A DNA stretch of 52,374 bases from IMG/VR virus record IMGVR_UViG_3300028364_000046, positions 1-52,374 of that record; one strand, 5' to 3'. Origin of the DNA: a virus (Duplodnaviria; Caudoviricetes). Made by a program: the position numbers and the translations under genes. Position 1 is the first letter of the stretch. Each line of letters begins with the position of its first letter. Shown piece by piece: positions 34,071 through 44,155 of the stretch. The notes beneath the pieces are model-generated. The model did not search any database. It had not been told where the DNA came from and saw nothing but the letters and a program-made list of their open reading frames with translations.

Positions 34071-36923
34071 ATGCAAACTAAGATACTGAGTACAAAGCCC
34101 AAAGTAAACGAACTGGGCTTTGAGATGATTTCAGACCCACTGTGGAATTACTTATTCGGCAGTGATGAAGACCGCCCTGAAATTCACAAAGTTACTCAAG
34201 CAGAAATACGGGCAAGCTTCAAGAAGTTTGATGGATACCTATTCCCACCTGACACAGTAGGGTATGAGGGATTTGACCTTGCCGTGCCTGCATTTGAGGG
34301 ACCCCTTCAAGACTACGTAAACAAGCTTGCGTCAGACAAGTGGCTACCAACTAAGAACCAGCTGCTGAAGTTTCTCAACAATGACATAAGTATATTACCT
34401 AGCTGTGATGTCGTCGTCAAGCAATCGGGGTGGACTAGGTATCAATTCGTAGGCAAAGTGAAAGAATCTTTGTTTGACTTTGACTTTGGCCATGAAGAAA
34501 AGCCCGAAGAAAGCTGGCTAATTTCTAAGGTTGCTTATCCCACTGAGGACACGCTGGTTTTTGACGTAGAAACCTTTGTAAAGCAAGGCAATGGGCCCGT
34601 GCTAGCTGTTGCTGTTTCTAATGATGCCTGGTACCTCTGGATTCATCCTGCGTTGGCCCATAACAACGTAATGTACGCTGACTGTTTGATACCCCTAGGC
34701 ACTGGCAAACTTATCTTAAACCACAACCCAAAGTTTGACAGTACACGCGTGGCTGAAACATATGACCTAAGCCTAACCGGTAGAAACATCTGGTTAGACA
34801 CTATGAGTATGCACATGGCTGTGTGTGGCATGTCCAGTAAGCAAAGAGTGCCCTACAAAGCTTACCAGTCGGGCTCTCAAACCTTTGCATCTAAGTGGGC
34901 CACACAAACTTCAGACAATTCCCTGGTTGCTGTATATAACCACCACGTGAAACCACTTAAGCCCCTTACCAAGGCAGACAAAGAAACCAGGAACATCTTT
35001 GTCCAGGCTAGTGATGTGCAAGAGTTCCGTGAATGCCTAGACGAACTGCTGGACTACAACCTGAAAGACGGTCTGTATACCTACCAGCTTGGCCAAGCGC
35101 TTGTACCTAAGTACTTCAGAAGCCAACCGTCTATCATTTCGTTTGGTGGTTCTTGTATACTTTCTAAGAGCTTTTTACCCGTACGAGACGACTGGTCTGA
35201 AAGGCTTTTTGAAATTGATAGAGTGTATTCATCTACTAAAAAGAAGCTTAAGAAGGACATAGAGGCCATTGCGCATCACTGGGCTAAGGGGTTTGCAAAC
35301 GGGAAGCTTACCAGAGAGATGATTGATAAGTGTCCTTGGAAGTCACAGTTAGACTGGACACCGGCCAAAACAGGAGCCAACAAAGGGTACCCAGCATGGT
35401 GGAGAAAAGCCAAATCCAAAGGTATATCCACTGGCTCTCGTTTAGCACCCAGACTTCTAAAGATGTGTTGGAAGGGACAGCCACTTGTTCACCACCCAAA
35501 GCTAGGATGGATGTTCAAGGCACTACCTAGCAGCCCAAGTGTGATAGATTTGCCTCAGGGAATTGTTGGATGCCTAAGTAGTTTGTTCCCGCCCGGAGCA
35601 TACCAGAAAGTGCCTCACAAGAAAGGCGACAAGAACAACTGTGGTAACCCCCTAGCTAAGGACTATATCGACGCAATCCAGAGTGGCTTACTTAGTAGTC
35701 CTAATGAGAAGGCTAAAGGCTTTCTGGAGGCAGCACGTAGCATTGCTTATTGGACTTCCATGCGCTCACGGGCAAATGACTACAAGCCCAAGCAGTGCAC
35801 GTATCCTGACGGCTCTACGGGGCTGATGGTGGAGCCTGTTCTAGCATACTTTGGCACAGCCTCTCGTAGGTGCGTAGAGCGCTTATGGCTTACTGTGAGC
35901 AGTGCCAAGTCGGTAGTAATAGGCAGCGAACTAAAAGGCATGGTCAGGCCTATTAACTGGGACAAAGAACTACCTATAAGTTCGTTCGGCAACTACGAGA
36001 TGGTGGGCTATGACTTTGACGCACAAGAGCTCAAGATTGCCTCCAGCTACGCAGACTCACTGTCCTTTGGCATATTCGGTAGCAGTCCTATGGGGTACAC
36101 TCAGCTCCTAGGTGACAAGGACAAAGGCACGGACGGCCACACCTTGCTTGCGACGTTCTTGAAGATGTCCAGAACTATTGCAAAGAACCTCAACTTCCAG
36201 ATGTTGTACTTGTCCGGGGTACTCGGGTGTGCAGGGACCATCAAAAGTCAGCGTCCGGAGCTTACTGAGGCAGAGTGCAAGAGTGTTGCCAACAAAGCCT
36301 TGAAGCTACGCCGTGGCTCAAAAGTATACGGTAAAAATGGCACATACAAATACGTAGGCGGAACTGACTCCCAAGCGTATAACTTTATGCTTCAGTTGGC
36401 CAACCGAGAGCCTCTGCCCCACAAGCTGAGACACTTACAGACAGACAAGCTACCTAGGACACCTATGTTGTCTTCTGCTATGTCTGAAGCTGTTACTGAG
36501 TCCAACTGTAGTGGCGATTACCTAACCTCAAGGGCTAACTGGACAGTGCAATCACCTGGCGCAGACCTCTTGCACACAATGCTTGTGCTAACTGACCACT
36601 TTTATACTGCCCTGGGCCTGGATGCTCAGTTTATGTTCTCTTATCACGATGAGATTTGGAACCTAGTTCACGCAAAAGATGTCAAGCAAGCTACTTGGGT
36701 GGGTCAAATATCTCACTTGCTTGCTTGGGCGTATTTCTTCCAGCGCTTGAACTTCAAAGATATGCCATACCAATACATGTTCTTCTCAGGTGTTAACGTA
36801 GACAAGGCGTTCAGGAAAGAAGTCTATGAGAGTCAAGTAACCATCAGTAATCCCACCGACGCACTCAAGCCTGGTAAAAGCTACAAACCAACTGACTTGG
36901 CACACTTGCCACAAACCCACTAA
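34071..36923 (+). CDS. Family A DNA polymerase, mitochondrial Pol-gamma-like
   Basis: Blocks FDVE, LDTMSMHMAV, PHK.G...N.G.PLAKD, GT..RR.VE..WLT.S, GSELK.MV, DFDAQEL, SRANWTVQS, HDEI and FFSGVNVDK.FRKE match POLG-specific sequence. Confidence 0.95.
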   Translation: MQTKILSTKPKVNELGFEMISDPLWNYLFGSDEDRPEIHKVTQAEIRASFKKFDGYLFPPDTVGYEGFDLAVPAFEGPLQDYVNKLASDKWLPTKNQLLKFLNNDISILPSCDVVVKQSGWTRYQFVGKVKESLFDFDFGHEEKPEESWLISKVAYPTEDTLVFDVETFVKQGNGPVLAVAVSNDAWYLWIHPALAHNNVMYADCLIPLGTGKLILNHNPKFDSTRVAETYDLSLTGRNIWLDTMSMHMAVCGMSSKQRVPYKAYQSGSQTFASKWATQTSDNSLVAVYNHHVKPLKPLTKADKETRNIFVQASDVQEFRECLDELLDYNLKDGLYTYQLGQALVPKYFRSQPSIISFGGSCILSKSFLPVRDDWSERLFEIDRVYSSTKKKLKKDIEAIAHHWAKGFANGKLTREMIDKCPWKSQLDWTPAKTGANKGYPAWWRKAKSKGISTGSRLAPRLLKMCWKGQPLVHHPKLGWMFKALPSSPSVIDLPQGIVGCLSSLFPPGAYQKVPHKKGDKNNCGNPLAKDYIDAIQSGLLSSPNEKAKGFLEAARSIAYWTSMRSRANDYKPKQCTYPDGSTGLMVEPVLAYFGTASRRCVERLWLTVSSAKSVVIGSELKGMVRPINWDKELPISSFGNYEMVGYDFDAQELKIASSYADSLSFGIFGSSPMGYTQLLGDKDKGTDGHTLLATFLKMSRTIAKNLNFQMLYLSGVLGCAGTIKSQRPELTEAECKSVANKALKLRRGSKVYGKNGTYKYVGGTDSQAYNFMLQLANREPLPHKLRHLQTDKLPRTPMLSSAMSEAVTESNCSGDYLTSRANWTVQSPGADLLHTMLVLTDHFYTALGLDAQFMFSYHDEIWNLVHAKDVKQATWVGQISHLLAWAYFFQRLNFKDMPYQYMFFSGVNVDKAFRKEVYESQVTISNPTDALKPGKSYKPTDLAHLPQTH

Positions 36924-36937
36924 TAGGCCCACCAGTT

Positions 36938-37012
36938 GACCATTTAGGCCTGCTAATCGGCAAGCACTCAGTAACCGCTAAGTGTCCGATTGGTGGGCCT
37001 TCATGGTTGCCA
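36938..37012. repeat. Dispersed inverted-repeat element
   Basis: aggcctgctaatcgg ... ccgattggtgggcct, N37. Confidence 0.75.
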
Positions 37013-37079
37013 CAGGTTAACCCTAGGCAACTAAGTATGTCCTTTAAGCTAGCCCCTAGAATCACAAGGTTGCCTCCTA

Positions 37080-38348
37080 GTGCCAAACAATAAACTTACA
37101 GACCTAATCTGGTACTTGGCAGGTGAAACTTCCAAGTCTAATCACGCAATTATATGGGACACTCAGCGAGCTTGTTGTTTGCCTGTGGTTGCTTCACCTA
37201 TATCCAATTACCTACACGAGGTTGGCCGGTTCTTATTTGATGGTGGCCTCAATGTGGATGTGGAGTACGTAGACAGCCAAGACGCTCGCCAAACATTTGT
37301 AGAGGACCTGATTACTAAGAACAGCCTTCAATCCTCTCTTGAAAGCATCTGGGAAACAGGGGCAATCACGGGCGAACTATTAGTGGTGCTAAGGTTGTCT
37401 GGTGACAACTATTCATTTGAGTGGTTCGATAAAACAGAATTCACACCTGGGCTAAATGAAATAACCGTTGAGACGCTTAGGGACATAGACGGGAAAACTT
37501 ACGTATACAAGCTGGACATCACACCCAGCGCCTACATAGAGTATCCTCTGGTTGAAAAGCAGTACGCCTACCTGTATGACTGGGCGGCTAACCAAGAGGT
37601 TGTCCCTCACGCTTATCAAGAGATTCCAGCGATCGTTATAAAGAACGCTGTTACACTTGGGTCTAATCGTGGTGAATCAGAGTTTAACTTCGGCGCATGT
37701 AGGCTAGCTGCAAGCGTTATTATGGCTACGTTTGACAGTCTAGAAAACGTGCATTTCTTTGGCTCTCCAATGCTTGCCTCACCTGACCCTGAGGACACTT
37801 TGAAGAGGCTTAAAAAACGCATCCAAGTACTCCAGAAAGAATCCAACGAAGATGGTGGAACGGTAGACGTCCTAAACTACCAAGCAATCTCAGAAGAGCA
37901 CCTAAAGCTTATTGACAAGCTAGAGAACAACATGAATCGCCACATGGGTATACGTGTTGGAGGAGAGGCCAAAGCAAGCGCTGATGTGTCGTCACTTGCC
38001 TTAAGGATACTAAACTCGTCTACCATTAGCAAGGCAGAGGGCAAGTGGCAAAACTACGTAGAAGACGGCCTGGTGTTGGTGTTTGAGCTAGCCCTACGCA
38101 TGTCTGCCGCAGACGGTATGCTTTTGATGGTCAACCCAAGTGTGCCTGAAAGCTACAAGGTGGCTGTCACACGCAAGATGCCATACTTCGTGGAATCACC
38201 TATGGAGAAGAGCCAACTACTGTCGGTGGCACAGCAAATGGTAGACCTAGGTGTAGACCGTATTGAAGCACTCAAAGCAACAGTCTGGCCACACCTAAGC
38301 ATCGGACAAATTGAAGAAAAACTGAGGATAAACTTGGAAGATGTCTAA
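37080..38348 (+). CDS. Portal protein
   Basis: First gene of the head module, 422 aa. PHAYQEIPAIVIKN...GESEF and SSLAL motifs are typical of SPP1-like portals. Confidence 0.7.
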   Translation: MPNNKLTDLIWYLAGETSKSNHAIIWDTQRACCLPVVASPISNYLHEVGRFLFDGGLNVDVEYVDSQDARQTFVEDLITKNSLQSSLESIWETGAITGELLVVLRLSGDNYSFEWFDKTEFTPGLNEITVETLRDIDGKTYVYKLDITPSAYIEYPLVEKQYAYLYDWAANQEVVPHAYQEIPAIVIKNAVTLGSNRGESEFNFGACRLAASVIMATFDSLENVHFFGSPMLASPDPEDTLKRLKKRIQVLQKESNEDGGTVDVLNYQAISEEHLKLIDKLENNMNRHMGIRVGGEAKASADVSSLALRILNSSTISKAEGKWQNYVEDGLVLVFELALRMSAADGMLLMVNPSVPESYKVAVTRKMPYFVESPMEKSQLLSVAQQMVDLGVDRIEALKATVWPHLSIGQIEEKLRINLEDV

Positions 38349-38622
38349 TCAAGACGACGGTAAGAAAGTTTGCAAGAACTGCGGGGAAACCAGGGCCTCT
38401 TCTAAAGGCATAAATACTGACACAATAACAACACTTAAAATGATTCCTGTACCCTCTGATTCACAGAAAAAGTTTGAAGAAGCATTAGGCCTGACTGCTG
38501 GGGAATGGTCTTTGGCCACAGAAGTTAAATACGCCAAACAAAAGTGGACTTTTAATATCTTGTTGCGCAACAACCTGGACTCAAGCAAAAATACACGGAT
38601 ATTTGGTTGCACATTTGGGTAA
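38341..38622 (+). CDS. Hypothetical protein
   Basis: ORF overlapping the portal stop; CxxC near the N-terminus. Confidence 0.6.
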   Translation: MSNQDDGKKVCKNCGETRASSKGINTDTITTLKMIPVPSDSQKKFEEALGLTAGEWSLATEVKYAKQKWTFNILLRNNLDSSKNTRIFGCTFG

Positions 38623-38692
38623 CCCCTAGGCATGATTGCCCACACAGTCCACTCCCAAGTATACTCTTAGTAATTACACAGGCATACCTAAA

Positions 38693-39271
38693 ATGACTTT
38701 CAAGTCCACTCGTAACGCACCTGAGCCTGGTACAGAAGGCTCCTCAGGCTCGCCAGAAGCCACTCCACCCGTAGTGCCTGAAGCCACTCCACCCGTAGTG
38801 CCAGAAGCTGCTCCAGAAGCCACTCCTGAAGCTGCTTCTGAAGTACCTGAGGCCACACCTGAGTCGCCTGAAGCTTCTAAGGGGTTTACACTGGCAGACA
38901 TTGTTGCTGCTGTTAAAGCTCTTTCACCTCAGCCTGAAGCCGCTCCAGAGGTTACACCTGAAGTGCCTGAGGTTGCTCCGGACCCCACAGGCGCGCTGCT
39001 CCGGAGCATGCTAATCCAGCAAGCAAAAGTACCTGATGAGCTCACGGCTCTACTTCCCAAGGATTTGACTAAGTTAAGTGAGTTCTTAGGTTCAGAGTCT
39101 TATAAAGTTCTATCGTCTGGCATGAGGGTGGCTAGTCAAAAGCAACCACCTAATACAGGGGCACCCAGTCCAACACCTGGAGCTGGAGAGAAGCCTAAAG
39201 AAACCATTTCGCCTAAGACGTTTTCTGATGTGACCCTAGAGTTACTTACAGAATTCGACAACTTCTCTTAA
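38693..39271 (+). CDS. Putative capsid scaffolding protein with PEATP repeats
   Basis: Acidic, Pro-rich protein upstream of the capsid gene; ATG at 38693. Confidence 0.55.
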   Translation: MTFKSTRNAPEPGTEGSSGSPEATPPVVPEATPPVVPEAAPEATPEAASEVPEATPESPEASKGFTLADIVAAVKALSPQPEAAPEVTPEVPEVAPDPTGALLRSMLIQQAKVPDELTALLPKDLTKLSEFLGSESYKVLSSGMRVASQKQPPNTGAPSPTPGAGEKPKETISPKTFSDVTLELLTEFDNFS

Positions 39272-39295
39272 TAACCACCTATTAGACACCTAGCC

Positions 39296-39508
39296 ATGAC
39301 ACCTAAAGAACAAGAAAGAAAACCCCAAGTAAAAGTAGTTGATTCCAAAGACTTTGGAGACAATTATCCCTCATCCGTAGAGTCAGCCAAAAAGCAGCTT
39401 GAAGAGAAGCTCGCAAGCTACTTGAAAGGTGGGTGGGTTTACTCGGGAATCATTCAGAGAAACATTGGGGCCGCACCTAGAGACTATTACGTGTTTTACA
39501 AGATTTAA
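39296..39508 (+). CDS. Hypothetical protein
   Basis: 70-aa ORF followed by a terminator. Confidence 0.65.
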   Translation: MTPKEQERKPQVKVVDSKDFGDNYPSSVESAKKQLEEKLASYLKGGWVYSGIIQRNIGAAPRDYYVFYKI

Positions 39509-39537
39509 GACTGCTTAGGGTATGCACTAAGCATCTC

Positions 39538-39569
39538 AGGGGTTTGCAATCCTGTAGACCCCTTTTTTA
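39538..39569 (+). terminator. Intrinsic terminator
   Basis: ggggtttgca-atcc-tgtagacccc followed by a T run. Confidence 0.75.
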
Positions 39570-39579
39570 ATAGTCAACT

Positions 39580-39672
39580 GGAGGCTTCTACGGCAAACGT
39601 GGAGGCCTTTCTATTAGCAAGCCTGTCAATACACCTATAAATGGTTTGGCAAGCCTCCACGTTTGCCGTGAG
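39580..39672. repeat. Dispersed inverted-repeat element
   Basis: Perfect 17-bp arms acggcaaacgtggaggc / gcctccacgtttgccgt; N36 core. Confidence 0.85.
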
Positions 39673-39776
39673 CAAACCCTAAGTGACTAGTTAACCCTAG
39701 GCCACTATGTTGCTTATTGATACCTAGCAGAGGCTACTAGATGGCCCATCCTAAATAATCTCCAAGGTACAAACAC

Positions 39777-40847
39777 ATGGCTATTGATTACGCTGCAATT
39801 TCGGGAGTAGCAAATAGAATTTTTGCTGAGCCTCTGCAGGACTACGTAAACCGCGCTAACCCTATCCTCCAAGCTATTACTAAGCGCGCCGTAGCGTCTG
39901 ATCGTATTTACATGAAAGGCATTCTGTCCAGCTCTCATGCTGCTGGTGCTATTGCTGACGGTTCAACTGTCACACTAGCCGGCACTGAAGGGACTCAGTA
40001 CACCGCACCTACACTTGATTGGTCTACTTACGTTTCCAAGTTTGCTGTAAACAAGCGCGCTGCTGAGCAAATGGCCAACCAGCCTGGTGGCCTAGGTAAC
40101 TTGCTGCAGTCTGAAGTTATGATGGCTGCTAAAGACCTGGCCGACAAGATTGCTGCAGACCTGTTTGGTGGGTCTGTATCTAACGGCTTGGTTGGCGTTC
40201 AGTCCATGATTAACAACACTGGCATCTACGGCGGCGTAAACCGTGACACTTCTGGTAATGAAGCGTTTCGGTCTGTTGTACTTGACGTTAAGGACACTGA
40301 CGATGCAACCGTTGAGCTGTCTACAAACGCTCTCTATGAAGCAGACAGCCTGTTCTTCGAAGCTAACGGCTATGGCTTCACCGAGACTCCAGGCCTGTTT
40401 ACTGGCGTCACTGATCGCAAAATCATGACTAAGTACAAGCAGCTGATGGAGAACATCGACCTAAGCGCTATGAGTGCGGCTCACTTTGTTAACCGCGCTA
40501 ACTCCACTGGCTCTCTGGGCTATGGCAGCGTTGGTTTTGCTGGTGTTCCTTTCATCCGCGACCGCAACATCTCGGCCGCTGGTGATATTGCTGATTCTGG
40601 TCGCCTGTATATCCTCGATATGTCTAAGATTGAGCTGGCTGTGCTGGTTCCTAATCCAAACATGTCCTTGATTCATCAGGTGCAAGGGTACAGCCAAGCA
40701 CCTGTAGTAGACGGTATCCGCACTACTATTGAGTTCTTAGGTAACACTGGTGAGCAACTTCAAGGCTACGTAAAAGCGTATGTCCAGTTGGCTTCTCCTA
40801 ACCCTAAAGCTGCTGGCATGGTCATCAAGAACATCAAAGCCAACTAG
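39777..40847 (+). CDS. Major capsid protein
   Basis: 356 aa; LADKIAADLFGG...NGLVG...YGGVNR...F.GVPFIRD...GRLYILD capsid-like pattern; follows the scaffold. Confidence 0.85.
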   Translation: MAIDYAAISGVANRIFAEPLQDYVNRANPILQAITKRAVASDRIYMKGILSSSHAAGAIADGSTVTLAGTEGTQYTAPTLDWSTYVSKFAVNKRAAEQMANQPGGLGNLLQSEVMMAAKDLADKIAADLFGGSVSNGLVGVQSMINNTGIYGGVNRDTSGNEAFRSVVLDVKDTDDATVELSTNALYEADSLFFEANGYGFTETPGLFTGVTDRKIMTKYKQLMENIDLSAMSAAHFVNRANSTGSLGYGSVGFAGVPFIRDRNISAAGDIADSGRLYILDMSKIELAVLVPNPNMSLIHQVQGYSQAPVVDGIRTTIEFLGNTGEQLQGYVKAYVQLASPNPKAAGMVIKNIKAN

Positions 40848-40932
40848 GGATACGGCCTAGGTAACTTGAGACAACTCTGGCTACCTGGGCCTCCTTTAGA
40901 CCACTTATACTTAGCTGACGTTGTAAATTGTA

Positions 40933-41184
40933 ATGCTCTATATTCTCTCAACACTTGTAGTCTTTCTACTTATCACGGAACAAGAGCCAAACCCTGGGCA
41001 ACGTCAGCTATTTATTTATATCTGCGCATGCTTAGTGTGGCCTTTGCTTGCACTAGGTTTGCTATTTGAAAAGCGCAAAGAGCTCTTATACACACTCAAG
41101 TACGCCTTTGAAGTACCTGAGGCTGAAGAGCAATTACCCGCAGTATTATTCCCGCTAGATGAAGTAGACCCTGAAACGCTTTAG
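40933..41184 (+). CDS. Small membrane protein
   Basis: Two hydrophobic segments and an acidic tail. Confidence 0.55.
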   Translation: MLYILSTLVVFLLITEQEPNPGQRQLFIYICACLVWPLLALGLLFEKRKELLYTLKYAFEVPEAEEQLPAVLFPLDEVDPETL

Positions 41185-41220
41185 AATAACAAACACGCAT
41201 ACCCTAGGTGTGCCTAAGTA

Positions 41221-41631
41221 GTGTCTTTAACACCTCTCCAAAGAAGCAGAATTGAATACCACCTGGACCTTGACAGCTTGCAAGGGTTGCTTGCGTTATC
41301 TTTCAACATACGTAGCTCCACCCTAAGTGACTCAAGGTTGCTGTCAGTAGTTGGGAATTTAAGCACCGCACCTACAGCAGAAATCTATACCCACCAAGGA
41401 CAATCCCTAGCTACTACGGAGAGTGCCCTAGGTAGGTGTGAAAGAGCGTTTGATAAGTTGAGCCCAACAACCATAGATGACTCTTTGTTGGTATCTAAAG
41501 CGGGCAAGGTAGTATTACGCAAAGACGAGTTAAAAGCACGCAGACAGTTGTACCGTGAGGCAGCCTCACAGCTTGCACAGGCTATGGGATACACAGACTC
41601 AACGGATTGTCGCGCCCAGCTATGGGGTTAA
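41221..41631 (+). CDS. Putative head-tail adaptor
   Basis: LT..QRSRI.YHL N-terminus; position after the capsid gene. Confidence 0.55.
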   Translation: MSLTPLQRSRIEYHLDLDSLQGLLALSFNIRSSTLSDSRLLSVVGNLSTAPTAEIYTHQGQSLATTESALGRCERAFDKLSPTTIDDSLLVSKAGKVVLRKDELKARRQLYREAASQLAQAMGYTDSTDCRAQLWG

Positions 41632-41637
41632 CTCAAA

Positions 41638-43398
41638 ATGGCGGAGCAAACTTCCAAGTCGCTCATCAGAGCACTTGCTAACCAAGACCTAATGCTTGAA
41701 ACCAAAGCAGCTAGGCGTGTGCAAGAAAACCTCACAGAAGTGCGTAATAGGCTCAAGGCACACTTAGAGGAAGACCCCAACAACTGGAACGCAAATAGGC
41801 TCGCTCCCGTAATAGAGGGTTACCTAAGAGAGTTTGAGGCAAAGGGAATATCCTCCTTAGGCGTTGAAGGAGCCATCAACCAGGGAGTAAACAATGGGCG
41901 TTTAGTGGTAGCCGAAACCGCTAGAATTCCCAAAGATTCCAACTACTTCAACTGGTCCCCCGTACTGCCAATAAACTCAATCAGCTTGTTGGAGTCTAAA
42001 GCAGCCTCAGACATCACCAAAGTAAGCGCTCAAGTAAAGGACCAGATACTTAGGAAAGTGCAGGTGGGTCTGGCCCTAGGTGCTCCAGTAAACGAAATTG
42101 CTGATGACATCCTAGGTGTGGGCTTAAAAGGCTCAAAGGGACGTGACGGTGTATTCAGGTCTGCTTCTGTACGTGCTGAAACTATTGCCCGCACGGTATC
42201 CAACGACCTGATAAACGAGGGCGCACTTATTACCTACAATGGTGTAGACCAAGTAACACCTGAGTTGGACCTGAAGAAGATATGGCAGACGCTTTCTGAC
42301 AGGCGTACGTCTAAGCGTTGCTTGTCCCTAAGTGGTCAGGTCAGGGGCTTGAAAGAAGAATTCAATGCATCAGACGGTTGGGCTGGAGAACACCCATCTG
42401 CACACCCCAACTGCCGTTCTCGCATAACAGTCAAGAGCGAGCCCTACAACAGCAAGTGGGAATCCCGTTGGCCAAGTAAACCAATAAGCATACCCAAGCC
42501 TCCTGTAAGCATACCTGTAAGTGTGCCCAAGCCCACTGTTAGCACGCCTCTAAGTGTGCCTGTGAGTGTTCCTAAAAAGCCTAGGAAAAACGCTAAAAAG
42601 TCTGAAAGAATGCCTGAGCCAGACGCACTAAGTATCCCTAAGAACACTGTTCTAAGCGAAAACCCAGCATTTAATGACGCCAGCCTACAAGCAGCAATCA
42701 GAAGCTTGCCCACAGCTCAGGCCGAATTGATTGAAAAGTTTCTCAAGAATACAGACGTCCAGACAGTGTTCTCAACTGAAAAACCTAAGAGTGTTCAAAA
42801 GCTTGTAGATAGCCTAAAGTTTTCAGGTAGTTCTGAACACAGGAACATTTTCAATAAATCAGTAAGTGCATACGCTTATAGAGACGACGACGGCAACAAA
42901 ATGGTGGCTAACGGGTACACGAGTAATTACTATAATCACATTCAAGTACGCCTGATTGAGCCTATAAAGAAGTTTAATCCACAAGTCAAACTTTTGCAAG
43001 CTTCAGACAAGAAAGTTGTAAGTAAGCACCTAGCTGATAAAGACTACATGGCGTGGTCTTATTCAGAGTTTCTTGATGAAAAGGGCCCAGAGCAAATCTT
43101 GTGCACTATGCTACATGAAATAGGCCATCAAATGCAACACAAGGCAGGATTTGGATACCAAGGTGCCCCTGAAAATGTTTGGTGGTTTACTGAGTACGGT
43201 GACCCCAACGACGACCAGGCGGAATGGCACGCAGAAAGCTTCCGGTTATGGGCAGTATCACCTGAACTGTTTAAGGAAAGTGACCCTCTAGGATACGAAT
43301 ATATCAACAGCATGGCCATTAAAGCCGCAAACACACCTAGCTTTAATCACATTCCAAAAGATACTAAAAATGGTACTAAATTACAGGATAGAAAATAA
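41638..43398 (+). CDS. MuF (SPP1 gp7-like) minor head protein fused to a C-terminal HExxH metallopeptidase
   Basis: RAETIART, KIWQT..D.RTS..C..L.G and P.AHPNCRS MuF motifs; Pro-rich linker; then LHEIGH...EYG...E..AESF. Confidence 0.85.
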   Translation: MAEQTSKSLIRALANQDLMLETKAARRVQENLTEVRNRLKAHLEEDPNNWNANRLAPVIEGYLREFEAKGISSLGVEGAINQGVNNGRLVVAETARIPKDSNYFNWSPVLPINSISLLESKAASDITKVSAQVKDQILRKVQVGLALGAPVNEIADDILGVGLKGSKGRDGVFRSASVRAETIARTVSNDLINEGALITYNGVDQVTPELDLKKIWQTLSDRRTSKRCLSLSGQVRGLKEEFNASDGWAGEHPSAHPNCRSRITVKSEPYNSKWESRWPSKPISIPKPPVSIPVSVPKPTVSTPLSVPVSVPKKPRKNAKKSERMPEPDALSIPKNTVLSENPAFNDASLQAAIRSLPTAQAELIEKFLKNTDVQTVFSTEKPKSVQKLVDSLKFSGSSEHRNIFNKSVSAYAYRDDDGNKMVANGYTSNYYNHIQVRLIEPIKKFNPQVKLLQASDKKVVSKHLADKDYMAWSYSEFLDEKGPEQILCTMLHEIGHQMQHKAGFGYQGAPENVWWFTEYGDPNDDQAEWHAESFRLWAVSPELFKESDPLGYEYINSMAIKAANTPSFNHIPKDTKNGTKLQDRK

Positions 43399-43400
43399 CA

Positions 43401-43610
43401 ATGCCAGTTTATAAATCTCAAAGCACACCTAAGCCTAGAAGAAGCCCACTGTTTGGTAAGCTCCATAAACTTAAGATAAACTCTCCCACACTTGAAGTGT
43501 TTATAAGTAAGCTCTCTAAAATGGAGTTTACCCCTAAGCAACGTAAAAGGGTCGGAGAGTACCTAGAGATTGCGTTGGTATATTATTCATCGTCTCCTGG
43601 GCCTCTTTAA
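43401..43610 (+). CDS. Small basic hypothetical protein
   Basis: Starts 2 nt after the MuF stop. Confidence 0.55.
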   Translation: MPVYKSQSTPKPRRSPLFGKLHKLKINSPTLEVFISKLSKMEFTPKQRKRVGEYLEIALVYYSSSPGPL

Positions 43611-43646
43611 GTGGTCTATAGAACAAACCTTAGCTAGGGCCGTTGT

Positions 43647-44099
43647 ATGTCTGTTCGTGACTTAGAAGTACGCTTAACTAGGCTTGAGGACAGCATACTA
43701 GGGCGCCTAGGCTACCGAGAGTACGAAGTCAAGGTAGGCAACCAGTTGTTGGACCCTCAGCCAGAAGTTGTTCAAAAGTCTGTTGCTTCTTACTCAGAAA
43801 CAAAGTTAGCCAGCTTTATTAATGCCCTAGGTGGGCGTGGAAATCCAATAAGCTATTTTGAGCTTGAAGTAAGCAGATTGGTGCCTGAGGCAGTCGTTCG
43901 AAGCTATCAGTACTGGTCTCTTAAGCGTGATGGCTTTGTGTCTGAATGTTTGCCCGTTTCTATAACAACAACAGACGCTCGCCATAGAGTAATTTTAGCG
44001 GCCATAAAGATTGCGCAAAGTATTGACTCCAGCCCAAATACACTTGACAGCCTAGAAACTTCTTGGGACAGCCATGTGTCATATTTTGATGGAACGTAA
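43647..44099 (+). CDS. Putative head-closure protein
   Basis: Position in the head-tail module. Confidence 0.45.
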   Translation: MSVRDLEVRLTRLEDSILGRLGYREYEVKVGNQLLDPQPEVVQKSVASYSETKLASFINALGGRGNPISYFELEVSRLVPEAVVRSYQYWSLKRDGFVSECLPVSITTTDARHRVILAAIKIAQSIDSSPNTLDSLETSWDSHVSYFDGT

Positions 44100-44155
44100 T
44101 TAGGCCCGGGCCTTTTAATTGCCGCTATAGCTAAGAAACCTATTTTGCACTTAGA

